From positions 21,986 through 85,985 of the forward strand of contig WRKW01000001.1 in assembly GCA_009777955.1 (NCBI GenBank): a stretch of DNA of 64,000 bases, written 5' to 3'. The notes under the pieces are model-generated. The model was not told where the DNA came from. It was given only the letters and a program-made list of their open reading frames with translations, and ran no database searches. The stretch comes from Alphaproteobacteria bacterium. Lineage in GTDB: Bacteria; Pseudomonadota; Alphaproteobacteria; Rs-D84. Below are positions 29,536 to 38,229 of the stretch, piece by piece. Position numbers and translations under genes: made by a program. The stretch's first letter is position 1. Every line of letters begins with the position of its first letter.

Positions 29536-30867
29536 TTAAGTTCCGCGTTGCTTATTACGTTTGTTATTCTGGAATTTGCCCCCGGTTATTCTATTATTGC
29601 CTTTTGATTTGTGACTGTATGGCACGGTTTTTTTCAAAAGATCGATCTCTTTTTGCTTGCGCTGTCTCCACTTATAGTCTTTTAATTTATCAATCATCTT
29701 TTCATGTTCGAATTCTTCAAGGCTGTATTTCATCAGTGCCAGATTTTCGTTCTTCATCGTTACAGAACCCTCGGATGCAAGTAAAAGGCCTTTTGCCGAT
29801 TGGTGCAGCCGCGCCAGCATGCCCGGTTGTTTCATAATATCATTGGCGACCACTTTCGTATAGCTGGTTGTCATTTTAACAATATAATCTAAAATATGTT
29901 TTTCCGCATTTATTCCCATACAGGAAAGTTCATCAGCGATTTTTTCTGGAAACTTGTTTTGGGAAAGGGGTTCCCTTTCCCCGGAAGCCAAAGGAACCAG
30001 AACCATGTTGTTCGCAAAATTAAACGCAAGCGATGTGACCGGAATATTTTTCAGTTGTTCGAAACTATCATTGTTTTCTATCTGGGCATTAACGCATTCT
30101 TGCAGACATTCGACAAAATGTCCGCAAGACGGCACGATTTTTTCAACGAAAGTCAGCATAAAAGAAACAGCGTCATTTGCACTTTCATGCGCTGCGGTAT
30201 TGTAATAATGGGAAAGCCATTCCAGTGCGTCGGTTTTTAAAAGACTGCTGGGTTCTTTCATCAACAATTCCTTTAAGGGTTCGTTCTTTTCAAATGCTTT
30301 TTGTTCATTGTATGTGATTTCCATCTCTTGTGAATTATCCAGATAGTCGTCTATATAAATGCTTAGCGAAAAGTATATGTCTTCCAAATCCCTGATATCC
30401 GGGGTATAAAGTTGATTTTCTTCGGCGGTTATGGCAAGTTCTTCCAAACGATCTATGCTGGGTGGATTCTTTGAAAAATTCACAGGCTTTGCAAAGGAAA
30501 GCACTTTATGCCCCTGGCGTATGGCATTCAGTATTATTGCGGCATCGCTGGCCGTATAGTAAATGCCAAGGGATAGCGGCGGCGCATAATATAATTCTTC
30601 ATCGTTCATAACTTGAAATACCGTTTCTATGACATTCCGGTAATTGTACGCGCTTTTGTATGTCATATTGGCCCAGGATTTAAACGTATGGGCCAGTACT
30701 TCACGAATTGGGTATTTATTAAGATTGTGTGATTCGTAATCTGTCACGCATGGTTTCATTATCTTATAAAACGCTTTGTCGCGCTCTGTTCCATGTATTT
30801 TTACAAATTGTTTGGTAAGATTAGATCCCAGATATTTGTGTAATTCTTGTTCTGTGAAATATGGCAT
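29536..30867 (-). CDS. Hypothetical cytoplasmic protein (443 aa) with a strongly basic C-terminal tail
   Basis: The track ORF starts at 30915. ATG 30867 (MPYFTEQELHKY) is preceded by AGAGGA SD. There is no signal peptide, and the tail reads ..KWRQRKQKEIDLLKKTVPYSHKSKGNNRITGGKFQNNKRNKQRGT. No family recognised. Confidence 0.55.
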   Translation of the reverse strand: MPYFTEQELHKYLGSNLTKQFVKIHGTERDKAFYKIMKPCVTDYESHNLNKYPIREVLAHTFKSWANMTYKSAYNYRNVIETVFQVMNDEELYYAPPLSLGIYYTASDAAIILNAIRQGHKVLSFAKPVNFSKNPPSIDRLEELAITAEENQLYTPDIRDLEDIYFSLSIYIDDYLDNSQEMEITYNEQKAFEKNEPLKELLMKEPSSLLKTDALEWLSHYYNTAAHESANDAVSFMLTFVEKIVPSCGHFVECLQECVNAQIENNDSFEQLKNIPVTSLAFNFANNMVLVPLASGEREPLSQNKFPEKIADELSCMGINAEKHILDYIVKMTTSYTKVVANDIMKQPGMLARLHQSAKGLLLASEGSVTMKNENLALMKYSLEEFEHEKMIDKLKDYKWRQRKQKEIDLLKKTVPYSHKSKGNNRITGGKFQNNKRNKQRGT

Positions 30868-30976
30868 TTTGAATCCTCTTGGTGTTGAATTTAGCAAAAT
30901 GGTTAAGTTTGTCAATAAGAAATATTATGTTGTTTTTTTGTTCCGTCGTTGTTATTATTTTTAAAAGGAGTTTGAC

Positions 30977-31537
30977 ATGGATTATGCCATTATAAAAGCG
31001 GAAGCTGAACAAAAAGCTTTGGCCACCATTGAAGTATTAAAGGGCGAATATAACGGTCTGCGTACGGGGCGCGCATCAGTGCATTTGCTGGATGGGGTTC
31101 GCGTTCCTGCATACGGGGCAGAAATGCCCATAGACCAATTGGCAACGGTCAGTACGCCCGAAGCCCAGGTAATATCTGTATCTGTTTGGGATATATCAAA
31201 TGCGGCCGCGGTTGAAAAAGCAATCCGGGAATCCGGACTGGGGCTGAATCCCATGACTGCGGGTGGTGTAATACGCCTTAACCTGCCGCCGCTTACCGAA
31301 GAACGCCGCAAAGAGATTGTAAAGGTTGCGAAAAAATATGCCGAAGAAGCACAGATCGCATTACGCAATGTACGTCAAGATTTAATGCAGAGAATAAAAC
31401 GCGCTGTCACGGACAAGGAAATTTCCGAAGATGATCAAAAGCGTTTCTCCGAAGATCTGCAAAAAGTCTTTGATGCAAAAAGCGATGACATAGATGCCGT
31501 TGCGAAACAGAAAGAAAGCGATATAATGAGCGTATAA
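30977..31537 (+). CDS. frr: Ribosome recycling factor
   Basis: 186 aa. LKGEYNGLRTGRASVHLLDGVRV.AYG....IDQLATVS.PEA, LNLPPLTEERRKEIVK and ALRNVRQD. Confidence 0.95.
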   Translation: MDYAIIKAEAEQKALATIEVLKGEYNGLRTGRASVHLLDGVRVPAYGAEMPIDQLATVSTPEAQVISVSVWDISNAAAVEKAIRESGLGLNPMTAGGVIRLNLPPLTEERRKEIVKVAKKYAEEAQIALRNVRQDLMQRIKRAVTDKEISEDDQKRFSEDLQKVFDAKSDDIDAVAKQKESDIMSV

Positions 31538-31585
31538 GAAACGCCCAAGTTATCTTTTACCAAATTAATATCTATTTGTCACCCT

Positions 31586-31658
31586 TGTAAAAGTCAAAAA
31601 TTTCGTGGATAAATTCTTAACGGCAACACAGTTGCTGTCATTCCTGCGCAGGCAGGAA
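31586..31658 (+). repeat. Repeat 'family B' element
   Basis: TGTAAAAGTCAAAAATTTCGTGGATAAATTCTTAACGGCAACACAGTTGCTGTCATTCCTGCGCAGGCAGGAAT. It is near-identical to 9494-9568. Partial copies occur at 1405-1432, 35763-35800, 40535-40590 (reverse), 53388-53425 and 56318-56350. Confidence 0.85.
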
Positions 31659-31696
31659 TACATATTATCGTGAATCGTAATGCTTGATACTATGAT

Positions 31697-32593
31697 TTAT
31701 GTTTCGCGGGTTACCATATAATCCATTAATTCGCGCAAGTTATCTGCGCGATTGTCGAATATGGATAATGCGTTCTTTGCCCTGTCAGACAATTCCCGTG
31801 CCTTTGCACGCGCGCCTTCAACCCCGTATAACGAAACATAAGTGGCCTTGCCGGACGCACCAGCCGCCGCATCTTTGCGAAGGGTTTTTCCGACTTTATC
31901 CTGATCTCCGACAGCATCCAGAATATCGTCTGTGATTTGAAAACACAAACCCATCGCATCAACAAAGTCATCCAACGCAAGAATTTGTTCGTTTGATGGT
32001 TTTTCTTTGGCCAGGATTGTTCCAAATCTTATGCAGGCCCAAAATATTTGACCGGTTTTTAAAGCCTGGATTTCATTTACTTCTGATTCTGTTTGAAATC
32101 TGCCGGATTCCGCCTGTATGTCCATCCATTCCCCAAGCAACATGCCGTTGGTTGCAGAAGACAGGGCTTTTATCAGCATTATTCTTTGTAAATAATCCGG
32201 TGCAATCCGCGAATCGTCGGCCAGGATTTTATATGCATGATTCAACAGAAAATCCCCGGCAAGAACCGCGTTGCTTTCGCCATATTTTGCCCATACGCTG
32301 GGTCGACCGCGGCGAAGAGTGTCGTTATCAATACAGGGCAGGTCGTCATGTATAAGCGAAAAATTATGGACAAGCTCTATTACCGCGCCCGCCCGCAAAG
32401 CCGCATCGTATGAAACATCGAACAAACCGGCGGCCTGGACGGTCAAAAATGTCCGAAGCCTTTTTCCCGCATCCAACGTAGCATATCGTGCCGCGTCGGT
32501 TGGTGCACCGCTATGTTCCTGTCGGGGCAACATTTCATCCAGGACTTTTTCCACATCCGCTGCGATGCGCGATAATTCTTGTTTGAACGGCAT
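31697..32593 (-). CDS. ispA: Polyprenyl (farnesyl/geranylgeranyl) diphosphate synthase
   Basis: 298 aa. First Asp-rich motif LIHDDLPCIDND, second FQITDDILD. Chain-length specificity cannot be told from the sequence. Confidence 0.85.
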   Translation of the reverse strand: MPFKQELSRIAADVEKVLDEMLPRQEHSGAPTDAARYATLDAGKRLRTFLTVQAAGLFDVSYDAALRAGAVIELVHNFSLIHDDLPCIDNDTLRRGRPSVWAKYGESNAVLAGDFLLNHAYKILADDSRIAPDYLQRIMLIKALSSATNGMLLGEWMDIQAESGRFQTESEVNEIQALKTGQIFWACIRFGTILAKEKPSNEQILALDDFVDAMGLCFQITDDILDAVGDQDKVGKTLRKDAAAGASGKATYVSLYGVEGARAKARELSDRAKNALSIFDNRADNLRELMDYMVTRET

Positions 32594-32709
32594 TATACTC
32601 TCCTTTGTATCAGGCCGGATGATATTTTATAAAAATTGAAAACGCAAGAACAAACCCCTTGAATTTGTATATGTGCCGGTGCTATTATGCAATTCTGAAA
32701 AGGAATGTC

Positions 32710-33429
32710 ATGTTTGGTTTTATGAAAAAAACGTCCGCTGTCCCTGCTGTTGTCCCCGCGCACATCGCATTTATTTGCGATGGCAACCGTCGCTGGGCCA
32801 AGATGCGTGGTATGCCGTCAATGGAAGGCCATCGCGAAGGCGCGAAATCTGTGGATAAAACGGTAGAACATCTGTTGGCTTTGGGTGTCAGTACCATGTC
32901 TTTTTTCGTTTTTTCCACCGATAACTGGGGGCGTGAAAAGCGCGAAGTTGATTTTTTAATAAACTTTGTCCTTACTGAAATGCCAAAACGGAAAAAAATG
33001 GCGATGGAAAAAAACGTGCGAATAAAGTTTATCGGTCGTCGTAATGTATTGCCACCAAAGATAATAAAAATGTGCGAAAAGCTGGAATACGAAACTTCGG
33101 AAAATACCGCCGGAACAATATGTTTTGCTTTCGATTACAGCGGAACTGATGAAATTGTTCGCGCAGCCCGCGCAGCAATTGAATCCGGCATCGCGCCCGA
33201 TGCATTGGATCGCGAAACTTTTGAAACATTTTTGGATTCTGGTGAATTGCCCCCGATAGACCTGGTTGTGCGCACCAGTGGGGAATCGCGGATATCGGAT
33301 TTTATGCTTTGGAAACTTGCATACGCGGAATTATCTTTTGTTTCAGATTTATGGCCCAGCATGAATCCGAAGATTCTGGACAGGGTTCTTGCCGACTATG
33401 GCAAAAGAAAAAGAAGGTTCGGGAAATGA
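32710..33429 (+). CDS. uppS: Undecaprenyl diphosphate synthase (cis-prenyltransferase)
   Basis: The likely start is ATG 32710 (MFGFMKK..PAHIAFICDGNRRWA). It has DGNRRWA, VRTSGE.R.SDF.LW and AYAEL motifs. The track ORF starts at 32659. Confidence 0.92.
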   Translation: MFGFMKKTSAVPAVVPAHIAFICDGNRRWAKMRGMPSMEGHREGAKSVDKTVEHLLALGVSTMSFFVFSTDNWGREKREVDFLINFVLTEMPKRKKMAMEKNVRIKFIGRRNVLPPKIIKMCEKLEYETSENTAGTICFAFDYSGTDEIVRAARAAIESGIAPDALDRETFETFLDSGELPPIDLVVRTSGESRISDFMLWKLAYAELSFVSDLWPSMNPKILDRVLADYGKRKRRFGK

Positions 33430-34085
33430 GCAACAATACAAAAAAAAGAATACTGGTTGCCGGTGTGATGGTAATGGTCGCGGGTATCGCAGTGTTATTA
33501 GAATATTTGAATATTCCCGCCGTGCGATGGCTGGCGGTTGCGGTGGCATGCGGAATGGTGGCTGAATTTGCATTGTGCGTGCGCAAAGGAACAAAGAACA
33601 AAGACAAGAGTATAAAAAAATTCGCATCCAGAACGATCTGGTTCTTGGTTCCTTATTCCATTCTGCTTGTTATGGCGGCTTATTTTGTCGGCACGCGGCC
33701 TTGGATAATTCTGTTGATGTTACTTGTAATATCTGCGGCGGACATAGGCGCGTGGTTTTTCGGACGGCTTATCGGCGGTGATAAAATGTGGCCTGAATTG
33801 TCGCCCGGTAAAACATGGTCCGGGCAAATTGCCGGAATCCTTTGCGGAACCATGGCTGCGGTACTGTATGGTCTTTTGGGCACCGACAGATTCATGCCCC
33901 AGCTGATGTGGATAGGAATGTCCGTAGCACTGATGTCGCAATACGGGGATCTTACCGCGTCGTGGTTAAAGCGACGGTTTGGTGTAAAAGACTTTTCAAA
34001 TATATTGCCTGGCCACGGCGGCATTGTCGACAGGTTTGATGGCTGGATCTATGCTTTGCCAATAGTGTGGCTGGTTTTATTATAA
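33426..34085 (+). CDS. cdsA: Phosphatidate cytidylyltransferase
   Basis: The likely start is ATG 33426, overlapping the uppS stop (ATGA). Signature SWLKRRFGVKDFSNILPGHGGIVDRFD. Multi-TM protein. Confidence 0.9.
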   Translation: MSNNTKKRILVAGVMVMVAGIAVLLEYLNIPAVRWLAVAVACGMVAEFALCVRKGTKNKDKSIKKFASRTIWFLVPYSILLVMAAYFVGTRPWIILLMLLVISAADIGAWFFGRLIGGDKMWPELSPGKTWSGQIAGILCGTMAAVLYGLLGTDRFMPQLMWIGMSVALMSQYGDLTASWLKRRFGVKDFSNILPGHGGIVDRFDGWIYALPIVWLVLL

Positions 34086-34101
34086 TAAAAAGGAATAAAA
34101 A

Positions 34102-35151
34102 ATGTTTTGGACAATCGCCGGATTTTTAATTGTTCTGGGCATCGTTATAATAGTGCACGAACTGGGGCACTATTGGGCTGCACGTATTGCGGGGGTACGG
34201 GTCAGGACTTTTTCCATCGGTTTCGGAAGGGCGATTGTAAAATGGACTGCAAAGGGTGGTACAGTTTGGAAAATCGCGTTGTTGCCCCTTGGCGGATATG
34301 TTTCGCTTTATGGCCACGAAGATATATTCGACCGTAAAAAATTTGAATCCTTGCCCCCAGAAAAAAAGAAAGGACATTATCTTTCGGCTTCGGGATGGAT
34401 GCAGGCAATGATTTCCGCCGCCGGTGTCATATTGAACTTTGTATTGGCCTTTGTGATTTATACTGTTCTGTCCATAGGATGGCCGCGTCAGGTACAGCTT
34501 CCAGTTATAGGCCAGGTTATCCAAAATTCGGTCGCGTATAATGCCGGTGTCCGCGCGGGCGATGTAATTGCGCGTATAGATGGTGCGAAAATTGGAAACT
34601 GGGGTGACATAATAATTGCGAAAGAGCTGGCCGCGAGCCGCGATGCAAAAATAGCGATTATTCGCGGTGAAAAACTGGTACAGGTGCAGCTTTCTCCGGC
34701 AGAACGCTGGGGGCTGATCGCCGATGGTGCGAAAACAGAAATGCAAAGAAAAAATATCTGGACCGGGATACGCGCCGGTGCCAGAGAAGTATGGATTCAA
34801 ACCAAGACAATCATTACCGTGTTGAAACAAATAATTACGGGGGAAAGATCTTCAAAACAGCTGGGATCTTTCATACTTATCGCACAGATGTCGGGACAGG
34901 CATTGGCAGCGGGGATTGCCGCCCTGTTATCACTGACGGCGTTGTTGTCCATCAATCTTGGGATACTTAATCTTTTGCCTTTGCCGGTTTTGGATGGCGG
35001 TCATCTGTTGATTCGTGGAATAGAAGGGATTACACGCAGAAAGCTGCAAGGCAAAGCGATGGAATATATATTTATATCCGGCTGGATATTTATCGGACTT
35101 TTGTTCATTATGACCATGAAGAATGATATATTCAGGGTGCTTGGTTGGTAA
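34102..35151 (+). CDS. rseP: RIP zinc metalloprotease RseP (site-2 protease)
   Basis: 349 aa. HELGHY at the N-terminus, a central PDZ-like GDVIARIDGAKI segment, and C-terminal NLLPLPVLDGGHL. Confidence 0.92.
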   Translation: MFWTIAGFLIVLGIVIIVHELGHYWAARIAGVRVRTFSIGFGRAIVKWTAKGGTVWKIALLPLGGYVSLYGHEDIFDRKKFESLPPEKKKGHYLSASGWMQAMISAAGVILNFVLAFVIYTVLSIGWPRQVQLPVIGQVIQNSVAYNAGVRAGDVIARIDGAKIGNWGDIIIAKELAASRDAKIAIIRGEKLVQVQLSPAERWGLIADGAKTEMQRKNIWTGIRAGAREVWIQTKTIITVLKQIITGERSSKQLGSFILIAQMSGQALAAGIAALLSLTALLSINLGILNLLPLPVLDGGHLLIRGIEGITRRKLQGKAMEYIFISGWIFIGLLFIMTMKNDIFRVLGW

Positions 35152-35152
35152 T

Positions 35153-35500
35153 ATGAAAAAGAATGCACACCGGTCTGGACTTTTCGCCGAATGGCTGGCG
35201 CGGCAGTACCTGTATCTGCATGGGTACAAAATCTTAGAATCCAGATTTGTTACCGGACGGCATACGGGCAGGGCAGAGATAGATATAATCGCCCGCCGCG
35301 GAAATACCATTGTGTTTATAGAGGTTAAAAAACGTCCTGATGCAGCCGTGGGGTTGCGCGCGGTAACATTTGGCCAGGGTGTACGGCTTCGCCGCGCTGC
35401 TGATACTTTTCTGACCCGCATGCGTTGGACTGGTAATGCCCGGTTCGATATTATCATAGTTTCGGGTTTGCGGATAAGATGGTTCAAAAATTCTATTTAA
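35153..35500 (+). CDS. yraN: YraN-family (UPF0102) endonuclease-like protein
   Basis: The likely start is ATG 35153 (MKKNAHRSGLFAEWLARQYL..). AEIDIIARRGNTIVFIEVKKR is the family core. Confidence 0.8.
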   Translation: MKKNAHRSGLFAEWLARQYLYLHGYKILESRFVTGRHTGRAEIDIIARRGNTIVFIEVKKRPDAAVGLRAVTFGQGVRLRRAADTFLTRMRWTGNARFDIIIVSGLRIRWFKNSI

Positions 35501-35566
35501 TCGTTTGACAATCAAATCGTCCATTGATAAAATTGGGTTCAGGTTCAAACCAAAAAGGAGACCCTT

Positions 35567-35704
35567 ATGAAAAAATTGTTACTATTGGGCTTTGCTGTCC
35601 TGACATTGGCTGCTTGCACCGGTTCTTATAAAGACGGAAAGTGCGACTATGATTATCTGTTGCATCCGAAAATTTCGGTAACCCGCGTTGTCGGATGTTC
35701 ATAA
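35567..35704 (+). CDS. Small lipoprotein (45 aa; below the ORF-track cutoff)
   Basis: Hand translation gives MKKLLLLGFAVLTLAACTGSYKDGKCDYDYLLHPKISVTRVVGCS*. AAGGAGA SD 7 nt upstream, lipobox LAAC. Confidence 0.55.
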   Translation: MKKLLLLGFAVLTLAACTGSYKDGKCDYDYLLHPKISVTRVVGCS

Positions 35705-35857
35705 TAAGTGCCGCGAAAGCGGCATTTATTATGACTGAAAGTCGGTAGTCGATGGAATTTCTAATTATTTAACGGCAACGCAGTTGCCGTCATTTCTGCC
35801 TTTGGTATTATAATCTTATAAATTGTTATAATCTGTCCTTTTTGTTATAATGTTTTT

Positions 35858-36865
35858 ATGAGGAAATTTTTTACATTCGCTTTCATCGCCATATTTTTTT
35901 GTTATTCCGGAACTTCTTTCGGCGACATGGGTGGAATCCGTATAGAATATTTTTCCGCAATTACCGGCGCGCAAATAGGATTTCCCGGCATATCAAGGTG
36001 GGAACTGGACAGATTGCGCCGTCAGGAATATACCAAATATCTTGAATTTATAAAAAGACGCGCTTTGGAACAAGATGATTCCACGGATCCGGTAATAGAA
36101 CCGGCACCTATGCCAAAATCGGATATGCCGCCGCCCCACATAGATTTTCCGGATGATCTTCCCCCTGTACCCCAACCATTGCCCCCGGCGGATATAAAGC
36201 CAATAGTTTATAAATCATATGAATGGTTGAAAATAAAAACTGATGAAAAACTTAACAATAAATCACCAAGAGAAGAAATAAAGCGTGCGGTTCTGGAAGT
36301 CGCTAGATTTATCAGCTTTTCTACAAATTATGCCGACGGATTGGCCACCGGCGATGACAGCTGGGCTATGCAGGGCATGCGTGAAGTATGGGTTGGTATA
36401 AAGCCCAAAGATGTAGAAGCCCGTCTTACCGAAGATACAAAAAGAAAAGTCGAAGTGTTGCGGGATTATGCTTTTAATCGCGGCGAAATGGTGTGCGCAG
36501 GCTATGCGACAGTGCTTTGGCAGGCTTTGCAGGAAAAGTTTCCCAATCTGCGGATAAGTTATATCACTAATAATGAACATGCATGGTTGCGTGTTACAGA
36601 GACCGCAATAGATATAGAACCCACGCTGAATTTTTATTATGTGAATATTGATGATAAAAGCGATCAGCCTGATTTGATAAAAAAGTATGAAGAAAATTTA
36701 TTCAGCAGGGAAGATGAAAGGCACAGCCGGAACATATTTGAAGATAAAGCACCCAGCGATGTCCAGCTTTATATTTATTCCGGGGTTCTTGATGCAATGA
36801 CACGGGATACCGGATTTTGGAAATCACGCCGCGATACCAGGTACAAGATGGCGAACGATAATTAA
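35858..36865 (+). CDS. Secreted transglutaminase-like (Cys-His-Asp fold) protein with a Pro-rich linker
   Basis: 335 aa. Signal peptide MRKFFTFAFIAIFFCYSGTSFG, linker PAPMPKSDMPPPHIDFPDDLPPVPQPLPPADIKP, and the core motif order GEMVCAGYATVL ... NEHAWLRV ... IDIEPT, which is the C / HAW / D-P-T arrangement of the transglutaminase-like superfamily. Confidence 0.6.
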   Translation: MRKFFTFAFIAIFFCYSGTSFGDMGGIRIEYFSAITGAQIGFPGISRWELDRLRRQEYTKYLEFIKRRALEQDDSTDPVIEPAPMPKSDMPPPHIDFPDDLPPVPQPLPPADIKPIVYKSYEWLKIKTDEKLNNKSPREEIKRAVLEVARFISFSTNYADGLATGDDSWAMQGMREVWVGIKPKDVEARLTEDTKRKVEVLRDYAFNRGEMVCAGYATVLWQALQEKFPNLRISYITNNEHAWLRVTETAIDIEPTLNFYYVNIDDKSDQPDLIKKYEENLFSREDERHSRNIFEDKAPSDVQLYIYSGVLDAMTRDTGFWKSRRDTRYKMANDN

Positions 36866-36963
36866 TAACTATCAAGTATCTGGGGCAATCAGTATTTTGT
36901 TATTGAATTTAGAAACTCTCTTGGCTAGAATCTGCCTTGGAGAGACTACAAAAAGGCGATAAT

Positions 36964-38184
36964 ATGTCTGACAAATATGCAAGTCTTGGGGTGTCATCTT
37001 CCAAAGAAGCCGTTCACCGGGCAACCAGAAATAACAGCAAAGGGTTGTTTCCCTATGCGTTTTGCAAGATAGATTCTTATGATTATTCCCCCAAATGGCT
37101 TAATAATATCGCCAAATTATTCGGACATCGCCAGGTTGGGATTTCACATGCCGATGGTGCGGGAACAAAGACATCGCTGGCATATATTTACTGGAAAGAA
37201 ACCGGTGATATGTCTGTATGGCGTGGTGTAGTGCAAGATTCCATCGCAATGAATATAGATGATGTTGCGTGTGTCGGCGGGTTAACCGGGCGGATGTTTT
37301 TAACATCCAGTATAGACCGCAACAGCCATCGGATTCCAGATGAAGTTATTGCCGAACTGATTAATGGCGAAAATATATTTCTTGATATGCTGCGTGCATA
37401 CGAAATCGACATAACCGGTCAATCCGGGGAAACCGCGGATGTATCTGATCTGGTACGGACTGTTACTGTGAATAATTCCTTGTTCTGTCAGATGCCATAT
37501 AAGAATGTAATCGACAATGCGAATATAAAGCCGGGTAATTTTATTGTCGGACTTTCTTCGGATGGTTGCGCGCTATATGAAAGCAAATACAACGGTGGTA
37601 TGGGCAGCAATGGATTAACACTTGGCCGGCATGGGGTATTTGCGCCGGAATACCGCAAAAAATATCCGGAAAGTTTTGAATCTTTGATAGATGCCGGTTC
37701 AAATGGCGTACAATCATATACCGGAACAAAAAAGCTTGATGAAAAGGTAAACGCATGGGGTGTTTCATATGGAGAAATGGTATTATCGCCGACACGTACG
37801 TATGCGCCGGTAATTAAAAAATATCATGATTTGCATCTTGATCGCGAAATTTCCGGCATGGTGCATTGCAGCGGTGGCGGTCAGACAAAGGTTTTAAATT
37901 ATCTATCCAACCCGATGACCGTAACAAAGTATGATATGTTCGATATACCGCAATTATTTAATATCATACAAAAAGAGTCGGGTCAGCCCTGGGAACATAT
38001 GTACAAAACATTTAATATGGGACATCGTATGGAGATCTATACTCCGTCAAAAGATGCGGCGGAAAAAATGATAGATGTTTCAAAGTCATTCGGTGTTGAG
38101 GCAAAAATTATCGGATGTGTAGAACGCGGGGCAAAAAGACTGTTGATTAAAAGTCCGCATGGCAGGTTTGAATATTCGCGATAG
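36964..38184 (+). CDS. purM: Phosphoribosylformylglycinamidine cyclo-ligase (AIR synthase), long Bacteroidetes-like form
   Basis: The likely start is ATG 36964 (MSDKYASLGVSSSKEAVHRA..GLFPYAFCKI...HADGAGTKTSLAYIYWKETGD.SVW....QDSIAMNIDD). It also has GGMGSNGLT, LSPTRTYAPVIKK, MVHCSGGGQTKV and FNMGHRMEIY. The track ORF starts at TTG 36937. Confidence 0.75.
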   Translation: MSDKYASLGVSSSKEAVHRATRNNSKGLFPYAFCKIDSYDYSPKWLNNIAKLFGHRQVGISHADGAGTKTSLAYIYWKETGDMSVWRGVVQDSIAMNIDDVACVGGLTGRMFLTSSIDRNSHRIPDEVIAELINGENIFLDMLRAYEIDITGQSGETADVSDLVRTVTVNNSLFCQMPYKNVIDNANIKPGNFIVGLSSDGCALYESKYNGGMGSNGLTLGRHGVFAPEYRKKYPESFESLIDAGSNGVQSYTGTKKLDEKVNAWGVSYGEMVLSPTRTYAPVIKKYHDLHLDREISGMVHCSGGGQTKVLNYLSNPMTVTKYDMFDIPQLFNIIQKESGQPWEHMYKTFNMGHRMEIYTPSKDAAEKMIDVSKSFGVEAKIIGCVERGAKRLLIKSPHGRFEYSR

Positions 38185-38229
38185 GGGTAATTTAGTCGAA
38201 AGTCGATAGAAATTCTATTTGCTTTCGAC

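Noticed and set aside
27462-30976. A classical integrative island at tRNA-Ala
   Set aside because: No integrase, no transposase and no direct repeat of the tRNA 3' end could be found at the distal boundary. It is reported only as a compositionally odd accessory-looking segment.
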